From Sedimentisphaerales bacterium (GTDB lineage: Bacteria > Planctomycetota > Phycisphaerae > Sedimentisphaerales > SM23-30): 64,000 nucleotides of DNA. Of this stretch, positions 37,285 through 46,150 are shown one piece after another (positions within the stretch are counted from its first letter, which is position 1; every line of letters starts with the position of its first letter). Below the pieces are notes generated by a model. That model did no database searches and had not been told where the DNA came from. It saw only the letters and a program-made list of their open reading frames with translations. The position numbers and the translations under genes were made by a program. The stretch covers positions 320,001-384,000 of the forward strand of contig CAXXFK010000028.1 of assembly GCA_963663965.2 (NCBI GenBank), given 5' to 3'.

Positions 37285-38736
37285 TTAGTGATGGGCGATC
37301 ACAATTCGGTTCCGTCCCGACGCCTTCGCGTTAAACAGCGCGCTGTCTGTTTCAGTCATGAATTGCTGGGTATTCTGATGGGTTTCGAACTGGCCAATGC
37401 CAACACTGATCGTCGCGTGCAGTTCTATGTCATCAACTTTGACGATTTCATTAGAAACCATTGCCACCAGACGTTCAGCCACATAAGAAGCGTCCGCCAG
37501 GCTGGTATTGGGTAAAATGATGGCGAATTCGTCGCCGCCATACCGGGCCGCGATATCAATATTTCGGATACATTCGGTGATTTTGTGGGCCACATGCATT
37601 AAAACCGCGTCACCGGCTCGATGGCCATACTGGTCGTTGATTTGCTTTAAATTATCCAGGTCAATCATGATCAATGATAGATAATTGCCGTAACGACGCG
37701 CCCGGCGAATTTCTTTGTCCAGAGCCTGATAAAAGGTCTGATGGTTTAAAAGGTTCGTCATGCTGTCCGTTTGGGCTTTATGTTGAACCTCTTCATACAA
37801 TTCGATATTGGACATGGCGGACCCAATGATCTCACAGAGTAGTCTGACCGGCGGCAGGTCGTTAATTTCATCAAAACAGGGCGCGCCCGTCTTGTCAGCC
37901 AGATTGATAATCCCCAGGACTTTATCACCACTCAGCAGGGGGGCGATCAGGCAACTGTTGGATTTGTAATTTTGCGAATAACTGAGTGATGGCTTTTCGC
38001 TCTCTTTCAAATCGTCCAGATTCTGAATAAGCATCATTTTCTTCTCTTTAGTGGTAATGGCCATAAGAGAATCCGGATTCTGATTCAGGTCGATGACGCG
38101 GGATATCTTGTAGGGGTGATTATGCCTTAATAGACGCAACGAGTGTTGCGCTTCATCGTAAGTATAAAGAGAGGCAAAGCGGGCGGCGATTAAGCCGGGT
38201 ATCTTCTTGATACATACCGAGGCGATTTTTTCCATGTCCAGGCAATTGATCTGGCGTGATAACTGGGAGATGATATTAATTTTATCGATGACCTGTTCCC
38301 GTTGTTGCAGGTTGGTATCGATATGATGGATCTGGTTGGTCAGGGTACAGATCTTTTTGTTGAGATTGTGTAATTCGTCCGTTGGAGCGGATTGGCTTGT
38401 GCTGAGCAATCTGCGATAATAAGCGATCTTGTGACTCAGATAGTCCGCGTCAGGATACTTAACCAGGATGTCATCAAAATATCGGTGATTGGAAATGTCA
38501 GCATGGGGCAGATCCCGGGTTTCGATAAGCAGGATTTTGAGACACGAGGCACACTTCTGACAGACTGACAAGTGTTCGGTGTCCGTTTGAGAAAGGGGAT
38601 AATCATAAAAGAAAATGGTTTCTCCAGGCGAACGTTCACTCGCTGGCAGTGGTTCCATGTCTGAGTTTTTATGATAGAGCTCATTTAGAACAGCCAGAAG
38701 TTGCTCATCTCTGCCGTTATAACTGACATTCAGCAT
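37285..38736 (-). CDS. Diguanylate cyclase (degenerate REC-like N-terminus, coiled coil, GAF, GGDEF)
   Basis: GAF motif SCLIAPL..GDKVLGIINL; TDSMTNLLN; DLDNLKQINDQYGH; intact RYGGDEF with an RxxD I-site (RNID). Confidence 0.93.
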   Translation of the reverse strand: MLNVSYNGRDEQLLAVLNELYHKNSDMEPLPASERSPGETIFFYDYPLSQTDTEHLSVCQKCASCLKILLIETRDLPHADISNHRYFDDILVKYPDADYLSHKIAYYRRLLSTSQSAPTDELHNLNKKICTLTNQIHHIDTNLQQREQVIDKINIISQLSRQINCLDMEKIASVCIKKIPGLIAARFASLYTYDEAQHSLRLLRHNHPYKISRVIDLNQNPDSLMAITTKEKKMMLIQNLDDLKESEKPSLSYSQNYKSNSCLIAPLLSGDKVLGIINLADKTGAPCFDEINDLPPVRLLCEIIGSAMSNIELYEEVQHKAQTDSMTNLLNHQTFYQALDKEIRRARRYGNYLSLIMIDLDNLKQINDQYGHRAGDAVLMHVAHKITECIRNIDIAARYGGDEFAIILPNTSLADASYVAERLVAMVSNEIVKVDDIELHATISVGIGQFETHQNTQQFMTETDSALFNAKASGRNRIVIAHH

Positions 38737-38807
38737 GTAATCAGATTCTCCATTTCACCTAAGTCCTTTGTTTTAATAATGATAGTGTTTTTTCTGCTTA
38801 ATAGGGA

Positions 38808-38835
38808 ATATCGGTATTTTGCCATAGGAAATCTA
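38808..38835 (-). promoter_or_regulatory. Sigma28-like promoter TAGA-N16-ACCGATAT for the diguanylate cyclase
   Basis: Minus strand reads cTAGA tttcctatggcaaaat ACCGATAT, ~70 nt upstream of the ATG. Confidence 0.5.
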
Positions 38836-38864
38836 GAAAAATAGCAAAAAATTAAAGATTCCTG

Positions 38865-38908
38865 TTGACTGTGAATAAGTTATGTTATATTTTACAAAAT
38901 GTAAAATA
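38865..38908 (+). promoter_or_regulatory. Sigma70-like promoter overlapped by the palindrome TATTTTACA-aaa-TGTAAAATA
   Basis: TTGACT at 38865-38870; perfect 9-bp inverted repeat at 38888-38908 covering the -10/+1 region upstream of the MerR-type gene. Confidence 0.55.
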
Positions 38909-38958
38909 CATTCTGGTAAAAATGGTGTTAATCGTTTTTGTTTTAGAGACTAAGATCA

Positions 38959-39234
38959 ATGAATAGTATTGCTGAACGATTGCGGGATAATCCCCCCGTT
39001 AAACAATATCGTATTGGTGAAGTTGCTCGCTTCAGTGGGCTGTCCAGACAGACCGTCCATAATTATACTGTTATGGGATTAATCAGTGAAAGCGAATGGA
39101 CCGAAGGGGGGCATCGTCTCTATCCTGAATCTGTTTTCGAAAGATTAGCCCGGATTGATGAACTTAAAAATACCAAGTCCTTGCGTGAAATTATGGGGAT
39201 TATGGCCCAGGAACCACACGTAATGACAGGATAA
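38959..39234 (+). CDS. Small MerR-family HTH transcriptional regulator
   Basis: YRIGEVARFSGLSRQTVHNYTVMGLI...TEGGHRLY MerR winged HTH; no effector domain. Confidence 0.88.
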   Translation: MNSIAERLRDNPPVKQYRIGEVARFSGLSRQTVHNYTVMGLISESEWTEGGHRLYPESVFERLARIDELKNTKSLREIMGIMAQEPHVMTG

Positions 39235-39405
39235 ATAATCAATTATCACATAACCCAGTTAAGGTAGTCATGGATGTAACTATCTCCGATCATTCATGTT
39301 GTATTCATTCTTCGTTTGACCCAACGTAAAACATTTGAAGTGATCGAATTTGCAATAGTTTCTGTTCAAAAGGCAGAAACGCCGCCAGTGTGGCAACCAT
39401 AGGAT

Positions 39406-41854
39406 ATGGATCAAAATTCGCCGAATCAAAATCTGACTTTCAGGCAAGCAATGGCAGACAAATGGCAAAAGCCGGTATTTGTCCTGTCCTTGATTTGTTT
39501 TATTGGCGTTGTGGTCATGATGCGACCTGAAGGGCCGCCCAAAAAGACCTTCGAAGATAAATATCAGGAGTTGAGAGACATTGCTCTGGCCGGGGAATAT
39601 GACACCTTCTATTCTGAAGCGGAAGCATTGCGTCAGGAAGCTCAGACAGAACAGCAGGTGGGACGTTTGCATGGTTTGGCCGCGGAAACCAGAGTCCGTG
39701 AATTGATCAAACGTCGTGAAATCGGTCTTGGCAGCAATGTGATCCAAAGTGCTCCCAATAATTATCAAATGATTATCGACGGGTATGGCGAGGCTTTTAA
39801 GACCGGGGTAATTGATCCGAATTCCAATGGGGCCAGTCAGGCGTTTCGGGATGTTGGCATGGCGTTTTGGGGATTGAATGAGCGGGATCGGGCGATCAAA
39901 TCGTTGCGGCTGGCAATTGAAGCCCGCACAGAATTTGATGTCGGTTTGCATAAGGACCTGGTGACGATGTATTTGACGGCCCAACCGGAAAATTATCTGG
40001 ATCAGTGTCTGATGGAGCTTGAAAAAATTCTGGTGAATCCGGATTCCCCCGTTGCGGATCAGGCGTGGGCCCTGGTTCGGAAATCTCAGGTCCTGATTGC
40101 CCAGAATCAGGAAGAACGAGCCTTGCAGTTGCTGGAGTCGGCGGACAAATCTTTTGCCGATACTCCCAGTGGCGAAGAAATCGATTTGATGCGAGGTCGG
40201 GCGTTGCGGCATGCCGGACGGCCGGATGAGGCGGAATTGGTTTTGCGGCAATTATTTGAACGTATGCAGGATCGGGGCGACATCTATGCACAAGTGGCGC
40301 TCGAACTCGGCAAAATCAACTATGAACAATACCGCGATTTCGATGCGTTTGAATTTTATAAGGCGATCTTGCAGACTCAATCAGGCAAAGACTGGTATGT
40401 GGCTGGTCTGCTGGGGGCCGGAGAATGCATGGCTTTACAGAAACGCTATGATGAATCGATTGGTTATTACCGGCGGGCGGTCGACCTGATTAAACGCAAA
40501 CCCATCAATCTGGCGGTGAATTCCGCACAGGTCCAGGCCAGTCTGGCCGAACAGGCCCACATCCTGGGTCTGGTGAAACAATATCGACAGGCGATCGATT
40601 ATCTGGAACTCGAACAGGAACTGGCGGATCCCGATGATATTATTGCGATCTATCGCTTTGCACGCATGCATGCCAGACTGGCGGATCAGTTGCGTCAGCA
40701 ATTGGAGGAGGCCCGCGTGACCGATCCGACCCAGGAGCCCAGCGAAACCGATATCCAGTGGCGGCAACAGCAGGAGGATCTGATGGCTCGTCATTATGAA
40801 ATTGCCGCGGATCATTATATGATCGTTTCACAGAAAGTTTCTGGCGATAAGACCCTGTTCAGCGATTCATTGTGGTTTGCCGCGGAATGTTATGATAATG
40901 CCGGTAACGCCGAAAAAGCGATCGAAACCTGGAAAACCTATGTCAATCAGCATGAAGGCGATCCGCAATGGCCCCTGGCTCTGAAAAACCTGGCCCAGTC
41001 TTTTCAGTCCCTGGCCATGTTCCCCGAAGCCTTGCATTATTATGGCTTGTTGCACGACAAGCATCCCAATTCGCCCGCGGCTCTCGATTCTGTGATTCCC
41101 ATGGCGCGTTGCTACACCCTGCTGCCCGAACCGCAACTCGAGAAGGCGCAGGCCCTGCTGTTATCCGTCTTGTCCAACCGAGCCCTGACCCCTGAAGCGG
41201 TCTATTTCCGCGATGCGGTCTTTGAACTGGGGGAACTGTATTATAAGCAGGGAGAATACAAAAAGGCGATCGGTTATCTGACCGAGGCGATCGATCGTTA
41301 TCCTAAAGACAGTTCACTGGGCAAGTGTATGTTCCTGGTGGGCGATTCCTACAAAAAAAAACGCTCAGGCGCTGGATGACTCGATTCAAAAAATGATTCA
41401 GGATGGCGGCGATCAGATCTCACGTGAAAATCTGGAACGTTTGCGGGTTGATATGCTCGCGCGGGCGGAAAATTATTTCCGGTTGGCCATGAATTTTTAT
41501 GAAAATCTGGCCCCGGCCAATTTTACGGATTTGGATGAATTGTATTTGCGACATAGTTGTATGAGTCGTGCCGATTGCCTCTTCGAAATGGGACAATTCG
41601 ACAAAGCCGTTCTGGTGTATGAAGACGTGGCCATGCGTTATCAGTTGACCCCTACGGCGCTGATGGCGTTTATGCAGGTGATGAATTGTCACCTGAAAAT
41701 GGACCGGCCCGACGAAGCCCGTTCGGCCAACCGGCGTGCCTTGTGGCAATTATCAAAAATGCCCGATGACGTGCTGGCTTCCAATTCCTGGACTATGAAC
41801 CGTCAGCAATGGCAGGAATGGTTTGCCTGGACGGATGGCGCTGGCATGTGGTAG
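39406..41854 (+). CDS. Membrane-anchored TPR protein (~815 aa), split by an apparent +1 frameshift in an A9 run (41353-41361)
   Basis: ORFs 39406..41379 and 41393..41854 are both TPR-rich. With A8 the frame reads ...GDSYKKNAQALDDSIQKMIQD... continuously. Single N-terminal TM. Confidence 0.75.
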
Positions 41855-41876
41855 GGATATTTTGAAAGGACCCAAA

Positions 41877-42347
41877 ATGAGTATGACAACCCAGGCGATG
41901 GAATGCGGCGATCAGTTGATCGAATTATTGACGCGTCAGCGCGCGTTGTATGGTCAATTACGCGATCTGACGAAACGTCAGACCGAAATGATCGACAATA
42001 CCAATCCCCAGATGCTGCTGAAAATTCTGGCGGATCGACAGCGTTTGATAGATAAATTGACCCTGATCAGCCGTGAACTGGCTCCAATTCGCGCCCAATG
42101 GAATCAGATTTCTGAGAATTTATCCGACTCCCAGCGCGATGATGTCCAGCGCCTGATCGATGAAACTCAGGATCTGCTGGGCGAGATCATGAGCCGGGAC
42201 CGGGAAGATGTGGAAAAACTGGGGAAATCCCGCAATGAAGTCACGCGCGAAATCCGGTCTGTCCAGGTAGGACGACATGTCAATAATGCCTATGCCCGTA
42301 ATAGCAGACCGGTTCAACCCAGATCCTTTGATGTTGCCGGCCAGTAA
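41877..42347 (+). CDS. flgN: Flagellar export chaperone FlgN-like protein
   Basis: Helical 156-aa protein, 'LIELL..Q..LY.QL..L...Q', C-terminal 'NAY' and 'FD' motifs; flagellar context; ATG after AAGGA. Confidence 0.65.
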   Translation: MSMTTQAMECGDQLIELLTRQRALYGQLRDLTKRQTEMIDNTNPQMLLKILADRQRLIDKLTLISRELAPIRAQWNQISENLSDSQRDDVQRLIDETQDLLGEIMSRDREDVEKLGKSRNEVTREIRSVQVGRHVNNAYARNSRPVQPRSFDVAGQ

Positions 42348-42381
42348 AGGCCCGGCCCGAATATTTGTCACGAGTACACCA

Positions 42382-43239
42382 ATGCACGACACTCAGATGC
42401 CTGACTTAAATTTTAAATTGTCTTCCGAACCGACCCAGGCGATTGAACAATTATCCGCGATGATCGCCGCCTACAATGAGGTGACCGACCGCCTCAATCG
42501 TTCGCACGCTCGGCTTCAGGATGAAGTGCGGGGTTTGCGCGAAGAGCTGAAACGCAAAAATGAGATGCTCGAACAAAAGAGCCGGTTGGCCGCCCTGGGT
42601 GAAATGGCCGCCGGGATGGCTCATGAAATTCGCAATCCACTGGGGGCGGTGCAACTTTACGCCTCGATGCTGGAAAAAGAACTCGCCGGTCAGGGTCAGC
42701 GTCAGGATTGGGCGCGAAAAATCGTTCGGACGGTCAGTTCGCTCGATACCATTGTATCGGACATGATGGCGTATACCCAGAATCAGGTCTGTTCCCCGAC
42801 TGAGGTCTCTTTCTGGGGAATCTTGCATGAGATGCTGGATTTATTGCGTCCTCAGTTCCAGGCCAGTGAAATCGAGATCGATTTGCGGAAGGTGGATCGT
42901 AAGCTGACGGTTCATGTTGATATCGGCATGATGAACCGTATCTTGATGAATTTGCTTTTAAATGCGTTTGATGCGATCAATGGCCCGGGACGGATCCAGA
43001 TCGCCGCCAGTCGCCGTCCCGACCGGGATAATCATGTCTGTATCCGGATCAGTGACAGCGGTCCCGGTATTCCCGCGGATGTGATCAGGAAGATATTCGA
43101 TCCGTTTTTCACCACGCGCGATTCCGGCACCGGATTGGGGCTGGCTATTGTTCACCGGCTGGTGGATTGTCATAACGGGATGATTACCGCTGCCAATGCC
43201 GCGGACGGCGGCGCGGAGTTCACTATTTTATTACCTTGA
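42382..43239 (+). CDS. Cytoplasmic sensor histidine kinase (FlgS/FleS-like)
   Basis: H box MAHEIRNPL, N box NLLLNA, G boxes DSGPGI, IFDPFFTT and GTGLGL; no TM or sensor domain. Confidence 0.9.
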   Translation: MHDTQMPDLNFKLSSEPTQAIEQLSAMIAAYNEVTDRLNRSHARLQDEVRGLREELKRKNEMLEQKSRLAALGEMAAGMAHEIRNPLGAVQLYASMLEKELAGQGQRQDWARKIVRTVSSLDTIVSDMMAYTQNQVCSPTEVSFWGILHEMLDLLRPQFQASEIEIDLRKVDRKLTVHVDIGMMNRILMNLLLNAFDAINGPGRIQIAASRRPDRDNHVCIRISDSGPGIPADVIRKIFDPFFTTRDSGTGLGLAIVHRLVDCHNGMITAANAADGGAEFTILLP

Positions 43240-43275
43240 GGTTCTGGCAGAATTTGCTTCAATGAGGATGATTCC

Positions 43276-44652
43276 ATGGCGCATATATTAATTGTGGATG
43301 ATAAGGAAATCATGAGAGATTCGCTCAGTGCGATTCTGATTCAGGCCGGGCACGAGGTCGTCGCCTGCGACGGTGCTCTGAATGCCCTGGCGCAACTGAA
43401 AATGCATCCTTTCGATATTATTGTCAGTGATCTGAAAATGCCCAAAATTGATGGCCTGGGATTCCTGGATGAATTGAAAAAAACTGGAAATGATGCCCCG
43501 GTCATCATGATGACCGCCTTTGCCTCGATCGATACCGCGGTTGAGGCCATACGCAAGGGCGCGGTGGATTATATCCAGAAACCCTTCGAAGCCGATGAAG
43601 TGATTTTACTGATCGAACGCACTCTGGAAAACAGCCGGATCCTGAAAGAAAATGAAGCCTATCGTACCAATGCGCGCGACTGGCAGAAAGGACGGCAGTT
43701 AATCGGAAATAGTCCGGCCATGAAAAAGGTCTGGGATAAAATCCAGCGGGTCGCCCAGACCAGCGCCACGGTCCTGATCCGGGGTGAATCCGGTACGGGC
43801 AAGGAAATGATCGCCCGGGCGATTCACGCGCATAGCCCTCGCGCCAGCAAACCCATGTTGTGCGTCAACTGTGCGGCGTTGTCCAGTTCCCTGCTCGAAA
43901 GCGAACTGTTTGGCCATGAAAAGGGGGCCTTTACCGGGGCGGATCGGATGCGTAAAGGACGGTTCGAACTGGCCGAAGGCGGTACCTTGCTGCTCGATGA
44001 AATCAGTGAGATGGATATGCCGTTGCAATCCAAACTGCTGCGTGTCCTGCAGGAACGCGAATTTGAACGGGTGGGCAGCAGCGTGACGCGTCAGGTGAAT
44101 GTCCGGGTGATTGCCACGACCAACCGGGACCTGGAAGAATGGGTCCGGGAGGGAAAGTTCCGGGAAGATCTCTTTTATCGACTGAATGTGGTGCCGGTTC
44201 TGCTGCCGCCCTTACGCGAGCGGATTCAGGAAGATCTGGAGGCGTTATGTGACTATTTTCTCCGTCGGATTGCCGATCGTGAAGGGACTGAGTTGCGTAT
44301 ATTATCCAAAAAGGCCCTTGAACTGCTGAAAAAATATGACTGGCCTGGCAATGTCCGCGAACTGGAAAATCTCATGGAACGGGTTTCCATTCTGGGGGGG
44401 GAAGAAGTGATTTCAGCCGAAATGATTGCGAATTGGCTCAGTCTGGGAAATTCTGTCAAAGTGGACATGGGGCATGTCGAGCCGGAGGAGCATCCCATTA
44501 AAAGCCTGGCCGAACTGGAAAGGGAATATATCGAAATGACACTGGATCGTATGGAAGGGCACCGGCAGAAAACCGCCGAAGCCCTGGGGATTGGTGTCCG
44601 GACTCTGGGATTGAAATTGAAACGGTGGGAACTCGAAAATGCCTCGGGCTAA
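43276..44652 (+). CDS. Sigma54-dependent response regulator (NtrC family, FlgR/FleR-like)
   Basis: REC domain (ILIVDD, SDLKMP), GESGTGKE, GAFTGA, WPGNVRELEN and a Fis-type HTH. Confidence 0.95.
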   Translation: MAHILIVDDKEIMRDSLSAILIQAGHEVVACDGALNALAQLKMHPFDIIVSDLKMPKIDGLGFLDELKKTGNDAPVIMMTAFASIDTAVEAIRKGAVDYIQKPFEADEVILLIERTLENSRILKENEAYRTNARDWQKGRQLIGNSPAMKKVWDKIQRVAQTSATVLIRGESGTGKEMIARAIHAHSPRASKPMLCVNCAALSSSLLESELFGHEKGAFTGADRMRKGRFELAEGGTLLLDEISEMDMPLQSKLLRVLQEREFERVGSSVTRQVNVRVIATTNRDLEEWVREGKFREDLFYRLNVVPVLLPPLRERIQEDLEALCDYFLRRIADREGTELRILSKKALELLKKYDWPGNVRELENLMERVSILGGEEVISAEMIANWLSLGNSVKVDMGHVEPEEHPIKSLAELEREYIEMTLDRMEGHRQKTAEALGIGVRTLGLKLKRWELENASG

Positions 44653-44823
44653 AGAAGCCTTGACCGCCCCAAAAAGAGGCGCAATTTTTGCCGGTAGTGG
44701 CTTAGATGAGGATAAATGGAAACTGAAATCGCTGTGAATAAAATAAAATATAATGATATAACTAATTTAAAAGCAATAGATTACTGTGTTTGTATTGCTT
44801 TTGATTCCTCCGGCAGTAATGCA

Positions 44824-44839
44824 TGGTATAAATATTGCA
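44824..44839 (+). promoter_or_regulatory. Sigma54 (-24/-12) promoter of the flgB operon
   Basis: TGGTATAAATATTGCA has GG-N10-GC spacing, lies ~60 nt upstream of flgB and is downstream of a sigma54 activator gene. Confidence 0.75.
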
Positions 44840-44897
44840 TCATTGCCTTGTAGTGGATTGTCTGTATTGGCATCGATTTATTTGATAAGGAAACAGA

Positions 44898-45335
44898 ATG
44901 TTATTTGAGAACCTGGTAAATCGTGGCGTTTCGCCGGTGCTGGAGCGCGTAATGAGCTTCACCCAGGCTCGTCATGAAGTCCTGGTGGACAACATCAGTA
45001 ACTTCGATACCGTAGGTTACAAGATGAAAAATCTGCCTCAGGATGAATTCAATCGCCAGTTGAATCAGGCTATCGAAAAACGTTCCCGCCGGGGTGCCGG
45101 CGCCGCGCTCGACTTGGAGGCAACCCGAAATATCAGGTGGGATGCCCGGTATCGCGTCAAGGCCAGTCCGGTTGAAATCGAAGAGAACAATATCCTGTTT
45201 CAGGATGAAAATAATCGTTCTGTCGAAAAACAGATGAGCCAGATGGCCAGTAACGCCTTGCTGCATAATATGTCGGCCGAACTGCTCAAACAACAGTACG
45301 GCCTGTTGTCTTTGGCGATTAAAGGCAAATTATAG
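44898..45335 (+). CDS. flgB: Flagellar basal body rod protein FlgB
   Basis: RHEVLVDNISNFDTVGYK; DENNRSVEKQMSQMASN. Confidence 0.9.
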   Translation: MLFENLVNRGVSPVLERVMSFTQARHEVLVDNISNFDTVGYKMKNLPQDEFNRQLNQAIEKRSRRGAGAALDLEATRNIRWDARYRVKASPVEIEENNILFQDENNRSVEKQMSQMASNALLHNMSAELLKQQYGLLSLAIKGKL

Positions 45336-45362
45336 CCTGAAGCAATGAAAGTGATTGTATAA

Positions 45363-45761
45363 ATGTTTAATGCGATAGACATCTCGACAACCGGCCTGGT
45401 CGCACAGCGGATTCGTATGAATACCGTGGCAATGAATATGGCCAATATCGACACGGTGGACAGCCCCGAAGGGGGGCCCTACCAGCGTCGGAGTGTCATT
45501 TTCGAATCGGGCATGAATGACCGGGATCGTTCCGGCCAGGGCGTCCATGTCAAAGAGATTGACAAGGAAGCCGTGTATCGCTGGCAATATGATCCTTCCC
45601 ATCCCTATGCCGACCAGCGGGGCTATGTCAAAATGCCCGGAATCGATCCCATCACCGAAATGGTCAATATGATGGAAGCGCAACGCGCCTATGAAGCCAA
45701 TTTGACGGCGGTTGAAGTCAGTAAAAATATGTTGAACAGTTCCCTGAGGATTCTTGGCTGA
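45363..45761 (+). CDS. flgC: Flagellar basal body rod protein FlgC
   Basis: AQRIRMN..A.NMAN, GGPYQRR, YDPSHPYAD..GYV and RAYEAN motifs. Confidence 0.96.
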   Translation: MFNAIDISTTGLVAQRIRMNTVAMNMANIDTVDSPEGGPYQRRSVIFESGMNDRDRSGQGVHVKEIDKEAVYRWQYDPSHPYADQRGYVKMPGIDPITEMVNMMEAQRAYEANLTAVEVSKNMLNSSLRILG

Positions 45762-45773
45762 GGAAATTAAACG

Positions 45774-46088
45774 ATGGTAGATCGTTTCAATCAAATTAAC
45801 ACGCAACGGTTGCTGGATCTTCAGCAGCAGACCAGCCGAACCAGCCAGCCGGGCAAAACCGCCGAAGGCGACGATTTCAAAACCCTGCTCATGAAGAGTA
45901 TCAATGAAGTCAACCGCATGCAGGATGAGGCCGAACAGGCGACGACCGATCTGGTTACTGGCAAGAATGACAATGTGGATGAAGTGTTTACGGCAGTCCG
46001 TAAGGCTGAACTGGCGTTCCAGACGCTCATGCAGATCCGCAATAAGTTGATGGACGCCTACGAAGAAATCAAACAGATGAGAGTATGA
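45774..46088 (+). CDS. fliE: Flagellar hook-basal body protein FliE
   Basis: KAELAFQTLMQIRNKLMDAYEEIKQMRV. Confidence 0.95.
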   Translation: MVDRFNQINTQRLLDLQQQTSRTSQPGKTAEGDDFKTLLMKSINEVNRMQDEAEQATTDLVTGKNDNVDEVFTAVRKAELAFQTLMQIRNKLMDAYEEIKQMRV

Positions 46089-46150
46089 TTCGTTTGGGGG
46101 ATTCGCTGGAAGCGTACCAAATGCCCTTTAATGAATGGAGCCAATAGGAA

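Noticed and set aside
39280..40251. 323-aa minus-strand ORF
   Set aside because: It is antisense to the TPR gene and has no recognisable motifs; typical shadow ORF.
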